Assembly: GCA_051362555.1 (NCBI GenBank)
Contig: CM120643.1
Span: 1,736,001-1,800,000 of the forward strand
Direction: 5' to 3'
Length of the DNA stretch: 64,000 bases
DNA from: Lingula anatina
Lineage: Eukaryota; Animalia; Brachiopoda
Positions 13,748 to 27,652 of this stretch are shown here, one piece after another; within the stretch, counting starts at the first letter, position 1; each line of letters opens with the position of its first letter. The translations under genes were made by a program, and so were the position numbers. The notes beneath the pieces are model-generated. The model was not told the DNA's origin and made no database searches. It worked only from the letters and a program-made list of their open reading frames with translations.

Positions 13748-16700
13748 ATGTTAGCATCTGCTGTGCGATCTTTGTCTTCTGCGGTGGTGAGTATTTTTAT
13801 TCTCCCAGAAAATTTATCCTTGCATTGCTTTATGTATTGTCGTGCTTAAGAGGATGTTTACCGCGGTGTGTAGCTGACGACTATCCACTTCAGCACGGAT
13901 GAAGTTCTGCCAGTCCTACCAGTAGAGAACTGCCCACATATAACTTTGAAATGTTAAAAAAATGAAATTCTGATAAGTATTTGTTTGTTAAACTTCAGGT
14001 GCGCCAGGTGAGATCCATTCACAAAACTGCACCAGTGCTTAGTGACAAACTTTTTGTGGTAAGTAGAATTCTCTTATTTTTATCTCGTGTATATTTGCAT
14101 AATAACTTATAGTCATAGGAAATATGTCTGATGTTGGATAGTTGTGAGTAAAATGACTTTTTGGATTTGAAGATTTGTGCCGTGAATTAGATTCTTTTGC
14201 AAATTTTTTTCGTAGCATCGAGATACCCCAGAAAACAACCCAGATGTTCCATTTGAGTTCACCCCAGAGAATATGAAGGTAGTTGGTAACTCTCACTCTA
14301 TACCTTGATGGGGAAAAACTGAAGCTCCTATTGTAACTTTGATCTTCTTCTACAGTACAACTAATATTGATGATTGCCCTACAGAAATATTGTACTAGTA
14401 TTCTTTTGTAATATACATAATGCATGTTAAGATGTGCATCTCAAAAGAATGTGAAAGAAATGTTAATTGATAATAACCTCAAATGAATATTTTGTAGATA
14501 GCCCAGAGTATTATCAAAGACTTCCCAGAAGGACACCAAGCAGCTGCCTGCATCCCACTGTTAGATCTGGCCCAGAGGCAGCATGGTATGTAGATACTTT
14601 GGGGAGGGGCGGGGGCATGAGATTGTCTTGTTTCCTGTATAGATGCTGCATTATATCTTTGAGCCTTTTTAGCACTCCTTTAAGCATGCACATACTTGTA
14701 AGTATTTCTACTCAAAATTACAAGTGCAGGGTGAGAGAGGTCTTAAATTTTTGGTTTTTGTATGTTTCAAGGGAAACAGGTATGACATGTCATATTTTGA
14801 ATATATATATTTTAATGTAAGTTCATTTTTAAGTTCATTTCATTAATGTAAAATGTTCTATCTTCCAGGCTGGTGTCCAATCTCAGTGATGCACTATGTG
14901 GCAGACATGTTAAGCATGCCCAGGATGAGGGTTTATGAAGTAGCCACCTTTTACACTATGTTCAACAGGTACTGCTACACTCCATACAGAATAGGGGACT
15001 AACTAGGCTGAGGGTCAAATTTGGCGACATACTACAAAGCTTGCTGTCTAATCTGCTAACAGACACTGAATAGATATATTGTGGGGAAGTATCCAGTTGG
15101 GTCGGCCATATTTAGTCCCCTATGCTGAATGGGGCCTTACATTGCAGCATGTTCTCTAGATCTTCCTGAGTTAACAAATGTAACACAAGCCTGTAGCCAG
15201 TTGGGTTGGAGTTTGACGTAATACCCGTATTTTGCTTGGAAAAGTCCCCTTCTGGGCAAAATTTTAGCTTGGTTCAGAAAAGAACCCCCTCTTTTGAAAT
15301 TGCAGGCCTGTAACAGTATCCTAAAGTTTAGCAAAGACAGAAATTGATTGCGCAGACTGAAGAGATTTGTCTGAAAATGTTCTCAGGATTTTAGTACTTA
15401 GACTCCATGAGACAAAGATGTAACTTTAAATGTCTGCTTATTATTTGAACAAGTTTGATTTAGTTACCTTGATTTCATGATAAAATTCCAAACCGTGCGT
15501 TTCACTTTTCATACACAGAATTTTAAAAACAAAATTATATGATGAAATTCAATGCTATTTTGTGATACTTCTTTCAAATTAAAGGTTGTATTTTATTACC
15601 AAGCAAGTGTAATGACTTAAAAATTGTGTTTTATATTTCAGGGAACCTGTAGGAAAGCATTTTATTCAGATCTGTACCACAACTCCCTGTATGTTGGGTG
15701 GAGTAGGAAGTGATGTCATATTAGAGGCTATTAAGACTAAACTAGGTAAGACAATATCCCTGTATGTTGGGTGGAGTAGGAAGTGATGTCATATTAGAGG
15801 CTATTAAGACTAAACTAGGTAAGACAATATCCCTGTATGTTGGGTGGAGTAGGAAGTGATGTCATATTAGAGGCTATTAAGACTAAACTAGGTAAGACAA
15901 TATCCCTGTATGTTGGGTGGAGTAGGAAGTGATGTCATATTAGAGGCTATTAAGACTAAACTAGGTAAGACAATATCCCTGTATGTTGGGTGGAGTAGGA
16001 AGTGATGTCATATTAGAGGCTATTAAGACTAAACTAGGTAAGACAATATCCCTGTATGTTGGGTGGAGTAGGAAGTGATGTCATATTAGAGGCTATTAAG
16101 ACTAAACTAGGTAAGACAATATCCCTGTATGTTGGGTGGAGTAGGAAGTGATGTCATATTAGAGGCTATTAAGACTAAACTAGGTAAGACAATATCCCTG
16201 TATGTTGGGTGGAGTAGGAAGTGATGTCATATTAGAGGCTATTAAGACTAAACTAGGTAAGACAATATCCCTGTATGTTGGGTGGAGTAGGAAGTGATGT
16301 CATATTAGAGGCTATTAAGACTAAACTAGGTAAGACAATATCCCTGTATGTTGGGTGGAGTAGGAAGTGATGTCATATTAGAGGCTATTAAGACTAAACT
16401 AGGTAAGACAATATCCCTGTATGTTGGGTGGAGTAGGAAGTGATGTCATATTAGAGGCTATTAAGACTAAACTAGGTAAGACAATATCCCTGTATGTTGG
16501 GTGGAGTAGGAAGTGATGTCATATTAGAGGCTATTAAGACTAAACTAGGTAAGACAATATCCCTGTATGTTGGGTGGAGTAGGAAGTGATGTCATATTAG
16601 AGGCTATTAAGACTAAACTAGGTAAGACAATATCCCTGTATGTTGGGTGGAGTAGGAAGTGATGTCATATTAGAGGCTATTAAGACTAAACTAGGTAAGA

Positions 16701-19477
16701 GAATATCCCTGTATGTTGGGTGGAGTAGGAAGTGATGTCATATTAGAGGCTATTAAGACTAAACTAGGTAAGACAATATCCCTGTATGTTGGGTGGAGTA
16801 GGAAGTGATGTCATATTAGAGGCTATTAAGACTAAACTAGGTAAGACAATATCCCTGTATGTTGGGTGGAGTAGGAAGTGATGTCATATTAGAGGCTATT
16901 AAGACTAAACTAGGTAAGACAATATCCCTGTATGTTGGGTGGAGTAGGAAGTGATGTCATATTAGAGGCTATTAAGACTAAACTAGGTAAGACAATATCC
17001 CTGTATGTTGGGTGGAGTAGGAAGTGATGTCATATTAGAGGCTATTAAGACTAAACTAGGTAAGACAATATCCCTGTATGTTGGGTGGAGTAGGAAGTGA
17101 TGTCATATTAGAGGCTATTAAGACTAAACTAGGTAAGACAATATCCCTGTATGTTGGGTGGAGTAGGAAGTGATGTCATATTAGAGGCTATTAAGACTAA
17201 ACTAGGTAAGACAATATCCCTGTATGTTGGGTGGAGTAGGAAGTGATGTCATATTAGAGGCTATTAAGACTAAACTAGGTAAGACAATATCCCTGTATGT
17301 TGGGTGGAGTAGGAAGTGATGTCATATTAGAGGCTATTAAGACTAAACTAGGTAAGACAATATCCCTGTATGTTGGGTGGAGTAGGAAGTGATGTCATAT
17401 TAGAGGCTATTAAGACTAAACTAGGTAAGGCACTATCCCTGTATGTTGGGTGGAGTAGGAAGTGATGTCATATTAGAGGCTATTAAGACTAAACTAGGTA
17501 AGACAATATCCCTGTATGTTGGGTGGAGTAGGAAGTGATGTCATATTAGAGGCTATTAAGACTAAACTAGGTAAGAGAATATCCCTGTATGTTGGGTGGA
17601 GTAGGAAGTGATGTCATATTAGAGGCTATTAAGACTAAACTAGGTAAGACAATATCCCTGTATGTTGGGTGGAGTAGGAAGTGATGTCATATTAGAGGCT
17701 ATTAAGACTAAACTAGGTAAGACAATATCCCTGTATGTTGGGTGGAGTAGGAAGTGATGTCATATTAGAGGCTATTAAGACTAAACTAGGTAAGACAATA
17801 TCCCTGTATGTTGGGTGGAGTAAGAAGTGATGTCATATTAGAGGCTATTAAGACTAAACTAGGTAAGACAATATCCCTGTATGATGGGTGGAGTAGGAAG
17901 TGATGTCATATTAGAGGCTATTAAGACTAAACTAGGTAAGACAATATCCCTGTATGTTGGGTGGAGTAGGAAGTGATGTCATATTAGAGGCTATTAAGAC
18001 TAAACTAGGTAAGACAATATCCCTGTATGTTGGGTGGAGTAGGAAGTGATGTCATATTAGAGGCTATTAAGACTAAACTAGGTAAGACAATATCCCTGTA
18101 TGTTGGGTGGAGTAGGAAGTGATGTCATATTAGAGGCTATTAAGACTAAACTAGGTAAGACAATATCCCTGTATGTTGGGTGGAGTAGGAAGTGATGTCA
18201 TATTAGAGGCTATTAAGACTAAACTAGGTAAGACAATATCCCTGTATGTTGGGTGGAGTAGGAAGTGATGTCATATTAGAGGCTATTAAGACTAAACTAG
18301 GTAAGACAATATCCCTGTATGTTGGGTGGAGTAGGAAGTGATGTCATATTAGAGGCTATTAAGACTAAACTAGGTAAAAGATGGGGTCACTTTCATTTAA
18401 AACATTTTGCCCAAAACTACTTGAACACATATGAAAGCTCTGAAGGGAATGTTTAATAAGATAAATGAATCATGATTATGAATGAAATGATAATCCTGAT
18501 TTAATCAGAAGTGCGTTTTTTATTATTAGTTTTGAATTAGACTCGAGAAGTCTTGTTAAGTGATATATTAATATTCTGTGTTGTGTTTTAGGTATAGAAG
18601 TTGGTGAGACCACAAAGGACAATATGTTCACACTAGCAGAAGTGGAGTGTTTAGGTGCCTGTGTTAATGCTCCTATGGTTCAAATCAATGATGACTATTA
18701 TGTAAGTTACTGTAGTGATAAGTATGATAATTACTCATTTGTTTTATAGATTTAGTAAATTATTTTTCATCCTTATTTTCAATATCGGAAAGAAGACAGA
18801 GAGTTTTGGACAGCAATGATATCTCATCTTAGAAGGAATTTTGTTTGTAATTCTGATAAATCTGAAGGGAGGAGAGGATAATACATAAAATATAAGGAAT
18901 AAAAAGCATGTGAATAATTACCGATTCATCAGTGTGTTTAACATTGAAGAAGACTAAAGTATGCCATTTCCTTAGTGTTATTCATGAACCTTTCTGGAAT
19001 GATGACATATATGCTTAAATATGTATCTTATTTTTAGGAGGACCTTACTGTTGATGATATGAATAGTATTTTAGATGATTTAATAGCAGGGAAAAAACCT
19101 AAAGCAGGCCCAAGGCAAGTATATCAATTGTAAACATCAATACTACATTTTAAGATTTAACCAAATAATTCAGTCATTTAAATTTTTTTTTACATTTTTG
19201 GCAATGGGTCCAGACTAAAAGATAATTGACATATTCGGCACTGGGTTTGAGGTATAAAATCAAAAATTGCTTCTATGACAGAATCCCCACTCTTTATAGG
19301 TGATATTTAAATAATTATATTTAAAAAAAAACTCTCGGAATTTTGATCATAGTGAATTGTTTTCAATATTTCAGGAGTGGACAGAACCACAGATTTGCTT
19401 GTGAACCAAAAGGAGGTCTAACGTCATTAAAAGGCACGCCAACAGGCCCAGGGTTTGGGGTCCGAAGTGATCTTTAA
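13748..19477 (+). CDS. NDUFV2: NADH dehydrogenase (ubiquinone) flavoprotein 2, 24-kDa subunit of complex I
   Basis: Exons 13748-13786, 13999-14058, 14216-14278, 14498-14585, 14869-14968, 15642-15745, 18592-18701, 19038-19114 (GC donor) and 19375-19477. Translation includes [68 protein letters not shown] and [12 protein letters not shown]. Confidence 0.97.
15186..15310. mobile_element. MITE with CA(A/G)GCCTG termini and 5-bp TSD
   Basis: CAAGCCTGTA...TGCAGGCCTG flanked by TAACA on both sides. Confidence 0.6.
15684..18377 (+). repeat. 73-bp tandem array, 37 copies, of NDUFV2 exon 6 3' end (62 nt) plus donor GTAAGACAATA
   Basis: First donor GT at 15746 and last at 18374, a distance of 36 x 73; copies near-identical. 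Confidence 0.97.
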
Positions 19478-20003
19478 CGAGGTTTTCAATTTAAGTGACG
19501 ATATTTACAATATGGACCTACTTTACGTGTTGTCTTAGGTGCTGGTCTATACACAAACTATGCTTGCCACAAGTTACGTTGCGATAAGTTTGTAAAGCTG
19601 AGCTGCAAGAATGGACAGTCCTCATCTGAAGAGTTTTACAGTTGTGTTGGCACCAAGGCAATAACTTAAATTAAACTTTTTTGTTACAACACGGGATAAC
19701 TGAATGCAGTGACAAGTTTTGCTTCATTTCTGTTTCAGGATACAATAATTTTGTAAGGTGGGGGTGGTGGAATGCTGTGCTTAGAGTGCTACCATTAGCA
19801 AAACGAAGAAATGCACGGCATCTGAACACAAAGAATACACCATTTTCAGAACAAGTCAAATGTACAGACAAAAAACAGAAAATAAAGGTGCAAAAAAAGG
19901 TCATTTTGTCAATTTTGATGCAATAATAAATAATGCTTATAATAGCACTGTCAGTCAACACTGAATTTTAATCATGCACAACAGGTAACATGGTCAATAA
20001 CAG

Positions 20004-20165
20004 GAGCGGACCCTGAGATATTTTCTGACAGTATTCCAAAGTATCAATGTTGATCCATCCTCCATTTTGATGGTCTTCCAACAGAAAAAAATAGATACCA
20101 GTCAATATAAACTTAATAACCTGTCTTCCAGAAGACCCAGAAGATGGTCTCAATCCACCCCTTCA
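20004..20165 (-). mobile_element. MITE family A copy
   Basis: Reverse-complement match to the 7408, 45118 and 62014 copies. Confidence 0.7.
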
Positions 20166-21506
20166 ATAAGATTACAGTTTCAGGACCATGAGAGACCAAA
20201 GTCACCTGATGAAAGTCTCAATATTTGAAAAATGATGACAGTGCATAAAATAATATTTTATAATACTTAAAGACATAAATAAACAATACAATTGCTTATG
20301 TGGAAATACAGAAAATGTGCAGAGCCTTGAGCAGATGAGAGTTAAAAGTCACAAATGCAAGTGTTTGAGAAAAAATTGTAAAGGAAAACATAACAAAACT
20401 AGAAAACCACCAAGAGTGCAGACCTCTGCCAAGGCAGCAATTCTTGATTATTATTGATTATTGAATGATTATTGAGCCAGACCACCACTAAAAACTAATC
20501 ATTGTCCTCTTTGGCCCAATTCTGTAAGTTCAATTTTAATTATGCACAACAGGTAACAACGAAGAAAGTAAAAGCATAAGGCTTCAGGCCCATCAGAGTT
20601 CAAGTTTATACTTAAAAAGTGCCAGAATGAGAAAAATTAAAATTTCACTTAAAATTGCATAAATTCAATAAAAAATGATAATCCAATTGACCTGGCTTTC
20701 TTATTTGAACTGCATGCCAATCCAAAAAATCATACTTGTCAGATAAAAATAATAATAATTAACACAGTTTTCTTTTCATAATGTTTGCAGTAGCAATGCA
20801 ATAATATTGTTGTCAATTTTGATGTAACATTACATAATAAATTACAGAATAATTATCACTAATTTTTGATTATTGACAATAAATAGCATGGACATGTAGA
20901 AAATTTGATTACCATTCGGCTTCATGTCCATGGGAGCTCCGAGTCCCACAATGAATATGCCAAAAAGATAATGAAAATTTCACTCAAATGTATAACTTCC
21001 AGAAAAAGAAGCCAATTAGGCTGCTTTTCCAACTCATTCTGCATTTTAGTCCCGTGTTTCTTTTTTAAAGGTTTGACAGTCATAACACGGTTTTCCCATA
21101 ATGGTCATCATGGCAGCAGCACCAAAAATTGTATTTTCTGCTTTTTTGATGCAACAACCCTTAGCAAAATTAAGGGCTTCTTGCAAACAGTTGCTGCAAG
21201 TTTGCAGCAAATTTGCAAGAGGAAATTTACCAAGCAAATTAAGTCTCTTGCAAATTTGCTGTAAACTCCCCACAAACTTAATCAGCATGACAAAAGGGGA
21301 TCTGTCACAGGTTTCTTGCAAATTTGCTGCAAACTCTCAAGAACCATTCATACGAATTTGCTGCAAACTCTCCAGAACTGTTCTTGCTAATTTGCTGCAA
21401 ACTCTCCAGAACTGTTCTTGCGAATTTTCTGCATATTCACTAGAAATTCTTGCAAATTTGCTGCAAACCTTCAAGAACTATTCTTGCGAATGCTCTGCAA
21501 ACTCTT

Positions 21507-22731
21507 AAACAAGGCAGCAAAGCTGTCAAATGTACAGACAAAAAACAGGAAATAACTATGCACAAAATAGGCTACTGTCAATTCTGATGCAAAAGTACAT
21601 TATGTTAAACTGCAAATTCAACATTAAATTTTAATGATTGAATCTGACAAACGGCAATGATATGAGTTTATTTCCATTTTTGAAAGTTTATTACACAATA
21701 CACGATAACAAGTTTACCATCATTTTTACATAATCAACTAATAATGTTGTAAAGATGCAGGAAATGCCAAACAAACACTTTTACGTATCTTATTAATTAA
21801 AGCAATAATAACTCTTCGTTTCGGCCAAAAAATGAATTTTCCTGGAGTAAACAACAATTTTCCCATACTTTCCAATGGTTAATGAATCCATTTTTGCATT
21901 CAAAGTTGGTCCCTGGTTTTTTTCTAAAAAGTTTGGTTTTTTGTTAAAATCTCTTAAGAGATTTTAACAGAGTATAGCCATCAATGGAGGTCACGTGGTC
22001 TAAAGACAAGCTCAGATATAAGAATAATAGCTATAACTGATGTTTTGGTGGTAAAACAGAATATATTCTATTTCTATGAGTTATTCACAAGGTTTTTATT
22101 GTGAAATATAGATCTCATACGAAGAGTTATTACCCCTTTAAATAATGAAACTGTTAACATGCCTAAGAATTAAATCTGAGGAAATGTGAAAAAATGGCAT
22201 TTCTTTAATGGTCCAATTATGCTGATTTTTTAACTCAACCTGCATTTTAGCAGGAATGACCACTCCTGTGAGTTTAATGACAATTGGCCTATCTGTTTTT
22301 CTTATATTGTGTTTACAATGTTGCATATATGCTGAAAAATGAAAAAAAGCATAACTACTAAAATAGTGGCCCGATCTTGCCAATTTTCGAACTTGACCTG
22401 CGTTTTAATAAGATTGATTACTTCTGTGAGTTTCATGACAAAAGGTCTAATGGTTTTCCTTAAAATGTGTTTACAGGGTTGCATATATGCTGAAAAGTGA
22501 AAAAACAGCATAACTTCTACAATAATGGCCCGATCATGCTGATTTTCGAACTTGACCTGCGTTTTATGAATATTCATCAGCTCTGTAAATATTAAGACAA
22601 AAAGTAAAACTGCCCTCCACTTATCGTGTTTACAAGAAAAGTGCACGGCGACGGCATCGGCATCGGCGACGGCGACGACAGACGCAGGTGATGGCAATAT
22701 GTACAGACACATCTGTGTCTGTACATAAAAA
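21507..22731 (-). mobile_element. HINE-like element with both termini (internally deleted)
   Basis: 5' palindrome ATGTACAGACACAGATGTGTCTGTACAT and GTCGCC microsatellite; 3' subterminal TGTCTGTACAT and stem-loop CAGC-TTT-GCTG; T-rich flanks. Confidence 0.75.
21801..22137. mobile_element. Kolobok-like MITE with TTAA TSD
   Basis: TTAA|AGCAATAATAACTCTTCGT ... ACGAAGAGTTATTACCCCT|TTAA; empty paralogous sites at 23614-23617 and 53294-53297. Confidence 0.8.
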
Positions 22732-25700
22732 TCATTTTTGCAAATTTGCCGCAAACTCTCCAGAACTGTTCTCGTGAATTCCCGCAAAATACATATACAT
22801 AATGCTTAACAGCATAATGACCATCAATTTTTAATAATAGAATATTAGTAACATGGACATTCAGAAAACGTGACAAGCAAAGGTCTTCAGGATCATGGAA
22901 CTTGAAAGTCACGCCTTGAAAATTCCAATAAGTGACAAATTAAATTTTCACAAAAAAAAAACTGCTTAACTGCCAGAAAAAAATTACCAAACAGGCTGCA
23001 TTGCCTACTGAAGCTGTATTTTAGCCCTATGTTTCTTTCCTGTAAGTTTGAAAACAGTAAGTGACATGGTTTTTCTTAAATGGTCATCATGGGAGCAGTG
23101 CCCAAAATAGGGGTTTCTTCAAATTTTGATGCAATATTACATAATGTTTAACAGCATAATGACCATCAATTTTTAATCATAAAATATTAGTATCATGGAT
23201 ATTCAGAAAATGTGACTAGCAAAGGTCTGCAGGCTCATGGAACTTCAAAGTCACATCTTAAAAATGCCAAAATGTAAACAAGACAGCACTGTTCTGAAAT
23301 GGGTTTATTTCCATTTTTAACATAAAACAAAGTAAACAGTTTGTTGCCATTTTTATATGACCAACTAAGAAAATTGATGAGATGGGGAAATATCAAAAGA
23401 ACAGTGTTAAATGTCCAACTTCCTCCATTCTGAGATTCTGAACATAGTGGATAATTGAATCTGACAAACTGCAATGATATGAGTTTATTTCCATTTTTGA
23501 CACTTTATTACACAATACACGATAACAAGTTTATCATCGTATTTACATAGTCAATTAACAATGTTGTAAAGAAGCAGGGAATATCAAACAAACACTTTTA
23601 TGTATCTTATTAGTTAAATAATAAGACTATTAACATGCCTAAGAATTGAATCTGAGGAAATATGAAAAAACAGCATAACTTCTAAAATAAAGGCCCGATT
23701 ATGCTGATTTTCGAACTCAACCTGCGTTTTAGTTAGTTTGACTACTCCTGTGAGTAACTCCATACCAAAAAATATTTAGACCAAAATGACGGCACGGAAC
23801 TGTTAATTCTAGGTGCTCTATTCCAACTCATGAAAGTCTTGGTATTGTGGTATTGAGTTATTCCCAAATTGAAACGTTGCGCAACAAAAATGTATTTATT
23901 TACTTAACATCGTCTGGTTTTATGGAAGAAATCGGCATGAAAGTAATTACAAAAGAGTAAATCAAGTTTAGAATATAATTTTTATTCAACAATCAAGTTC
24001 AATGATGAACAGTTACATTCAATTCCAATAGGATTTGCAAGTTATCATTAATGAATTACTATATGTAAATGCAATGAATTAAAAAACGGTAGTTTTACTG
24101 AAAGTTTATACTTTCCATTCCCGTCTTTATCATCTCACAACGAAACGCAAATAGCCCATCAATGTACAAGATAAACAAATTTACCAAAGTAATTCATACA
24201 GAAAGAGGCACTGAAGCCAAATTTTGATGGTCAGAGTTTGGTACCAGATGCTCTCAGCCCGTGGGGGAAAAACCCGTCTAAACCCTTCTTGGGGAATGCC
24301 GAGAAAGTGCCCACGCCCGGATAACAGTTTTTACAGCGCCTTACAAGCTCAAGAATATCGTCCCGTTTTAGACAGCATGGCACGACTGAATTAACTTTCG
24401 TGACTACAAACTATTCTCTATATAAACTATACAAGATAAACATATTTACCTAAATATTTCATACAGAAAGTTGCCCTGAAGCCAACCCGAGACATTTACT
24501 AGAGACTTAACACGAAACTAGTTTAAACTTTATCCAGGGGGGCAAAGCCATAAATAAAGTCGCTCAGTCCTGAAATTTCTAACGATAACATAAACAGACA
24601 ATAAACAGATTCAAGTAATATAACTATAACTCGGGTATCTCAATGATTTAAACTAAACTAAGACATAACTCTGGATAAAATACCTAAAACTATAAAATTT
24701 CTAAATTTTCATTTTGCCCTGAAATCGCCACTACCTATATGATACAAGCTGAGAATAAAGCAAGCTTGCTTCGAATTATTTCGCATCTCACATCACTGTT
24801 TGACCGTCCATGTAAGTTTCAATTTGAATTTGGTTGATCCGGAGAAAAGGTTCATATATGATGAAGTGGATTTATTTGTCAAGTATAACACTTGAGAAAA
24901 TCTGAATGTTAGTAATGTGATCTCTATCTTGAGAGATGATGGCATCTCTCAAGTAGAGCAGACTGTGCAAAAAATAATGAAATATTTTCACATGTAAAAT
25001 ATTTCATTGCAGATTTTGCACAGGCTATCAATGTAAAATCTCTTCATGTAAAAGCGTTTACATGAAGTCAGATTTATCAAAGATGTGAGGGTTTATTAGC
25101 AAGGTTAGTGTGCAGGTTAAGACCTTCTCAAATGCCTTACTGACAACTCCGCATCATCAAAAGCACAAATTTCAGAAAAGACTACTGCACTAAGATTGAA
25201 ACAAAACACAGACGACCATAAGTGGTGGAAATGCGAATGTTTTTGTGAGCAAAAATCTTTCTGCACTTAGAATGTAAACAGCAACTGGATATTCAATTAA
25301 AATCATTAACATGATTATTATTATTATTATATCTGAAGAGGTAGACTTAACACATTTTATACATAACCAAGCCTCATCCTATTCAATTGGAATGCATGGA
25401 ATTAAGAATGATCATTCAGACCTTCAGCCATTGTAATAAAACGTCACTTACACAAGTGAAAAACAAAACTTTGTACAATTACACTCGACAAAAGTTTGTG
25501 ACCCTTGAAACCCAAATATTTTTATAATCCAAAAGCCTTGAGTCCATTATTAGATTGCATTCCTATTATACTCAGCATATTGCTCTCCATTTCCATTGCA
25601 CATTCTCTATATTTGTTAGCAGAACAAGTTGTATCCTTCAAAACCAAGACTGCTAGGACGTCCAATCATCAATGAAAAGTGGTTACAGGGCTCCTTGCTA

Positions 25701-27191
25701 TCGCTGTGAAGTGTTTCACATCTTGGATATTTGGTCTATGGTTGAAGATGTTTGTCTTCGGGCATCATTTCTGGAAATCTCTTTTCGTAGCCTACAAATG
25801 AATGTAATGTGTTCAATTTCTTAAAAAGTAATGATTTATTTCGCCTTGAAATGTTACATGTTAAAATTGTTGGTTGTCCATTCTACTTTTCTGCCTTTTC
25901 TTAAGGAAATATATGATTGAATTATTTAGTAACTAATTTAGACACTTGGCTATCAGTACATACAAGTTAAGGGATGCTATGTTTAGGAATGTGATGTTCG
26001 CTTTTGCCAAATCTCTATATACAGACACTGCTCTAAGATTATTCTTCGAGTTAAGAAGGATACATTTTTAATCGTAGGCTTAATTAAGAAACAATTCACG
26101 TAACGGACCACGAAAAAACATCGATTGGGAGAGTGCCAAGATTCTACCAAAAGAAAGTGACTGGAGAACAAGAGGTATAAAGGAAGGCATACAGACCGGG
26201 TAAACGCCTAACGATCCGCACAATATAAAAAGAAATTAATATTGATACTCACTTGTACTACAACCATATCACTGGGGTGCAATTGGTATTCTGGACCAGT
26301 AACAACGCCCCTGCGGCAAGCCAAGACTGATAAAGATCTGAAATAAAAGTAGGCCGATGGCATGTCAAAATAGATTGTATGAGTGATAAGGCATTTCCAA
26401 ATTTGCGACAAATTAAAAGAGCTTTTGACCTCTAAATATTGTGCACTATGAATTTCTTAGAGTTAATTGTAAATAGAGAACAAGCAACAATTAGTGAGTA
26501 GACGACAGTTTCCAAACAATTTCTTTAATTTAAATCAATTTCATCACTTTTCACAAAATGCCCATTTAGTTAATATACATAGATAAAACATTTGTAATAT
26601 TCAAGTAGTTAATTTAGTTCATTGTTTACCCTTATTCTGTCCAATAACTTACCTTGAAGGCTGTAAATCTTGAAATACCATATGATACAGTTTGGTCCAT
26701 TTTAACCTTCTTAAAATGGACCGTCATCAGGGCAGGAACTCGCAAATGCTACATGTATCTGCCTTAACTACAAAATAAAAATGAATAAGGTATAAGTTCC
26801 CTCTTTACTTTTCTCACCCCCACCCGTATCACCCAATCCCAGGAATGTGGTCAAAGTTAAGATACATTGCCTTGTGAATATAAGCTGTTAAATTAATGTG
26901 GCCAAGGGCTTTATTTTTCCAAGGTATCAAAAAACCACTTAAGTGTCTGCGCCCAGCAAAATTGTTTAAACCAGTACATTTCTAGAATGTGTCAATTTAG
27001 TAACGTGGTTGATAGATTTTTCTACAAGTTTTCAAAAGAGCTTCAGGTTTGATTTAATTTATTTAATTAACTGTTAAATCACAATTTTAAATGACAAGGT
27101 CTTGTTAATACAAATATTAATGCAATACAGTCCATTCCTATTCAAATTTGTATTTGGACCAGTAAATCCAGATTCAGACTTCTAGATTTAA

Positions 27192-27510
27192 AGGGATAAT
27201 AACTCTTCGTATGATATCTTTTTTTCACAATAAAAGCATTGTGAACAGCTCATAGAAATATAATATATTGTTTTACCACAAAAACAGCAATTATAGCTAT
27301 TATTCTGATATCTAAGCTTGTCTTTAGATCACGTGACTTCCATTGATGACTGTACTCTGTTATAATCTCTTAAGAGATTTTAACAAAAAAACAAACTTTA
27401 AAAAAACGGACTAACTTTGAATGAAAAATGGATTCATTAACCCTTGGTAAGTATGGGAACATAGTTGTTTACTCCAGGAAAAATCATTTTTTGGTCAAAA
27501 CAAAGAGTTA
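27192..27510. mobile_element. Second copy (inverted) of the Kolobok-like MITE
   Basis: TTAA|AGGGATAATAACTCTTCGTATG... aligns to the reverse complement of 21801-22137. Confidence 0.75.
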
Positions 27511-27652
27511 GGAAAGTAAGGCGGTCCAAACAGCCAGTAAGGTGAAAAGTTTATGGCACGGACTACAACTAAAAGTAAATCATTTTAGTATATTGCTCTC
27601 CCCAATAACACGGGTTACCTTTCAGGATTTTCCATCTCATTGAAACACCATA

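Larger units (their letters stand above)
21157..22795. mobile_element. Repeat element with GCAAATTTGCTGCAAACTCTCCAGAACTGTTCTT tandem units, split by a HINE insertion
   Basis: Units at 21180-21506 resume at 22734-22790; the outer element resumes at ACATAATG ~22797. Confidence 0.55.
19850..23755 (-). mobile_element. Older Helentron-associated (HINE/DINE-like) element, interrupted by nested insertions
   Basis: Segments 20515-21156 and 22796-23755 align in inverted orientation to the 52850-54691 copy; a 3'-end-like AAATGTACAGACAAAAAACAG occurs at ~19858. Confidence 0.65.

Noticed and set aside
15684-18377. CRISPR-like array
   Set aside because: No unique spacers, eukaryotic intron context, and the unit derives from the host exon.
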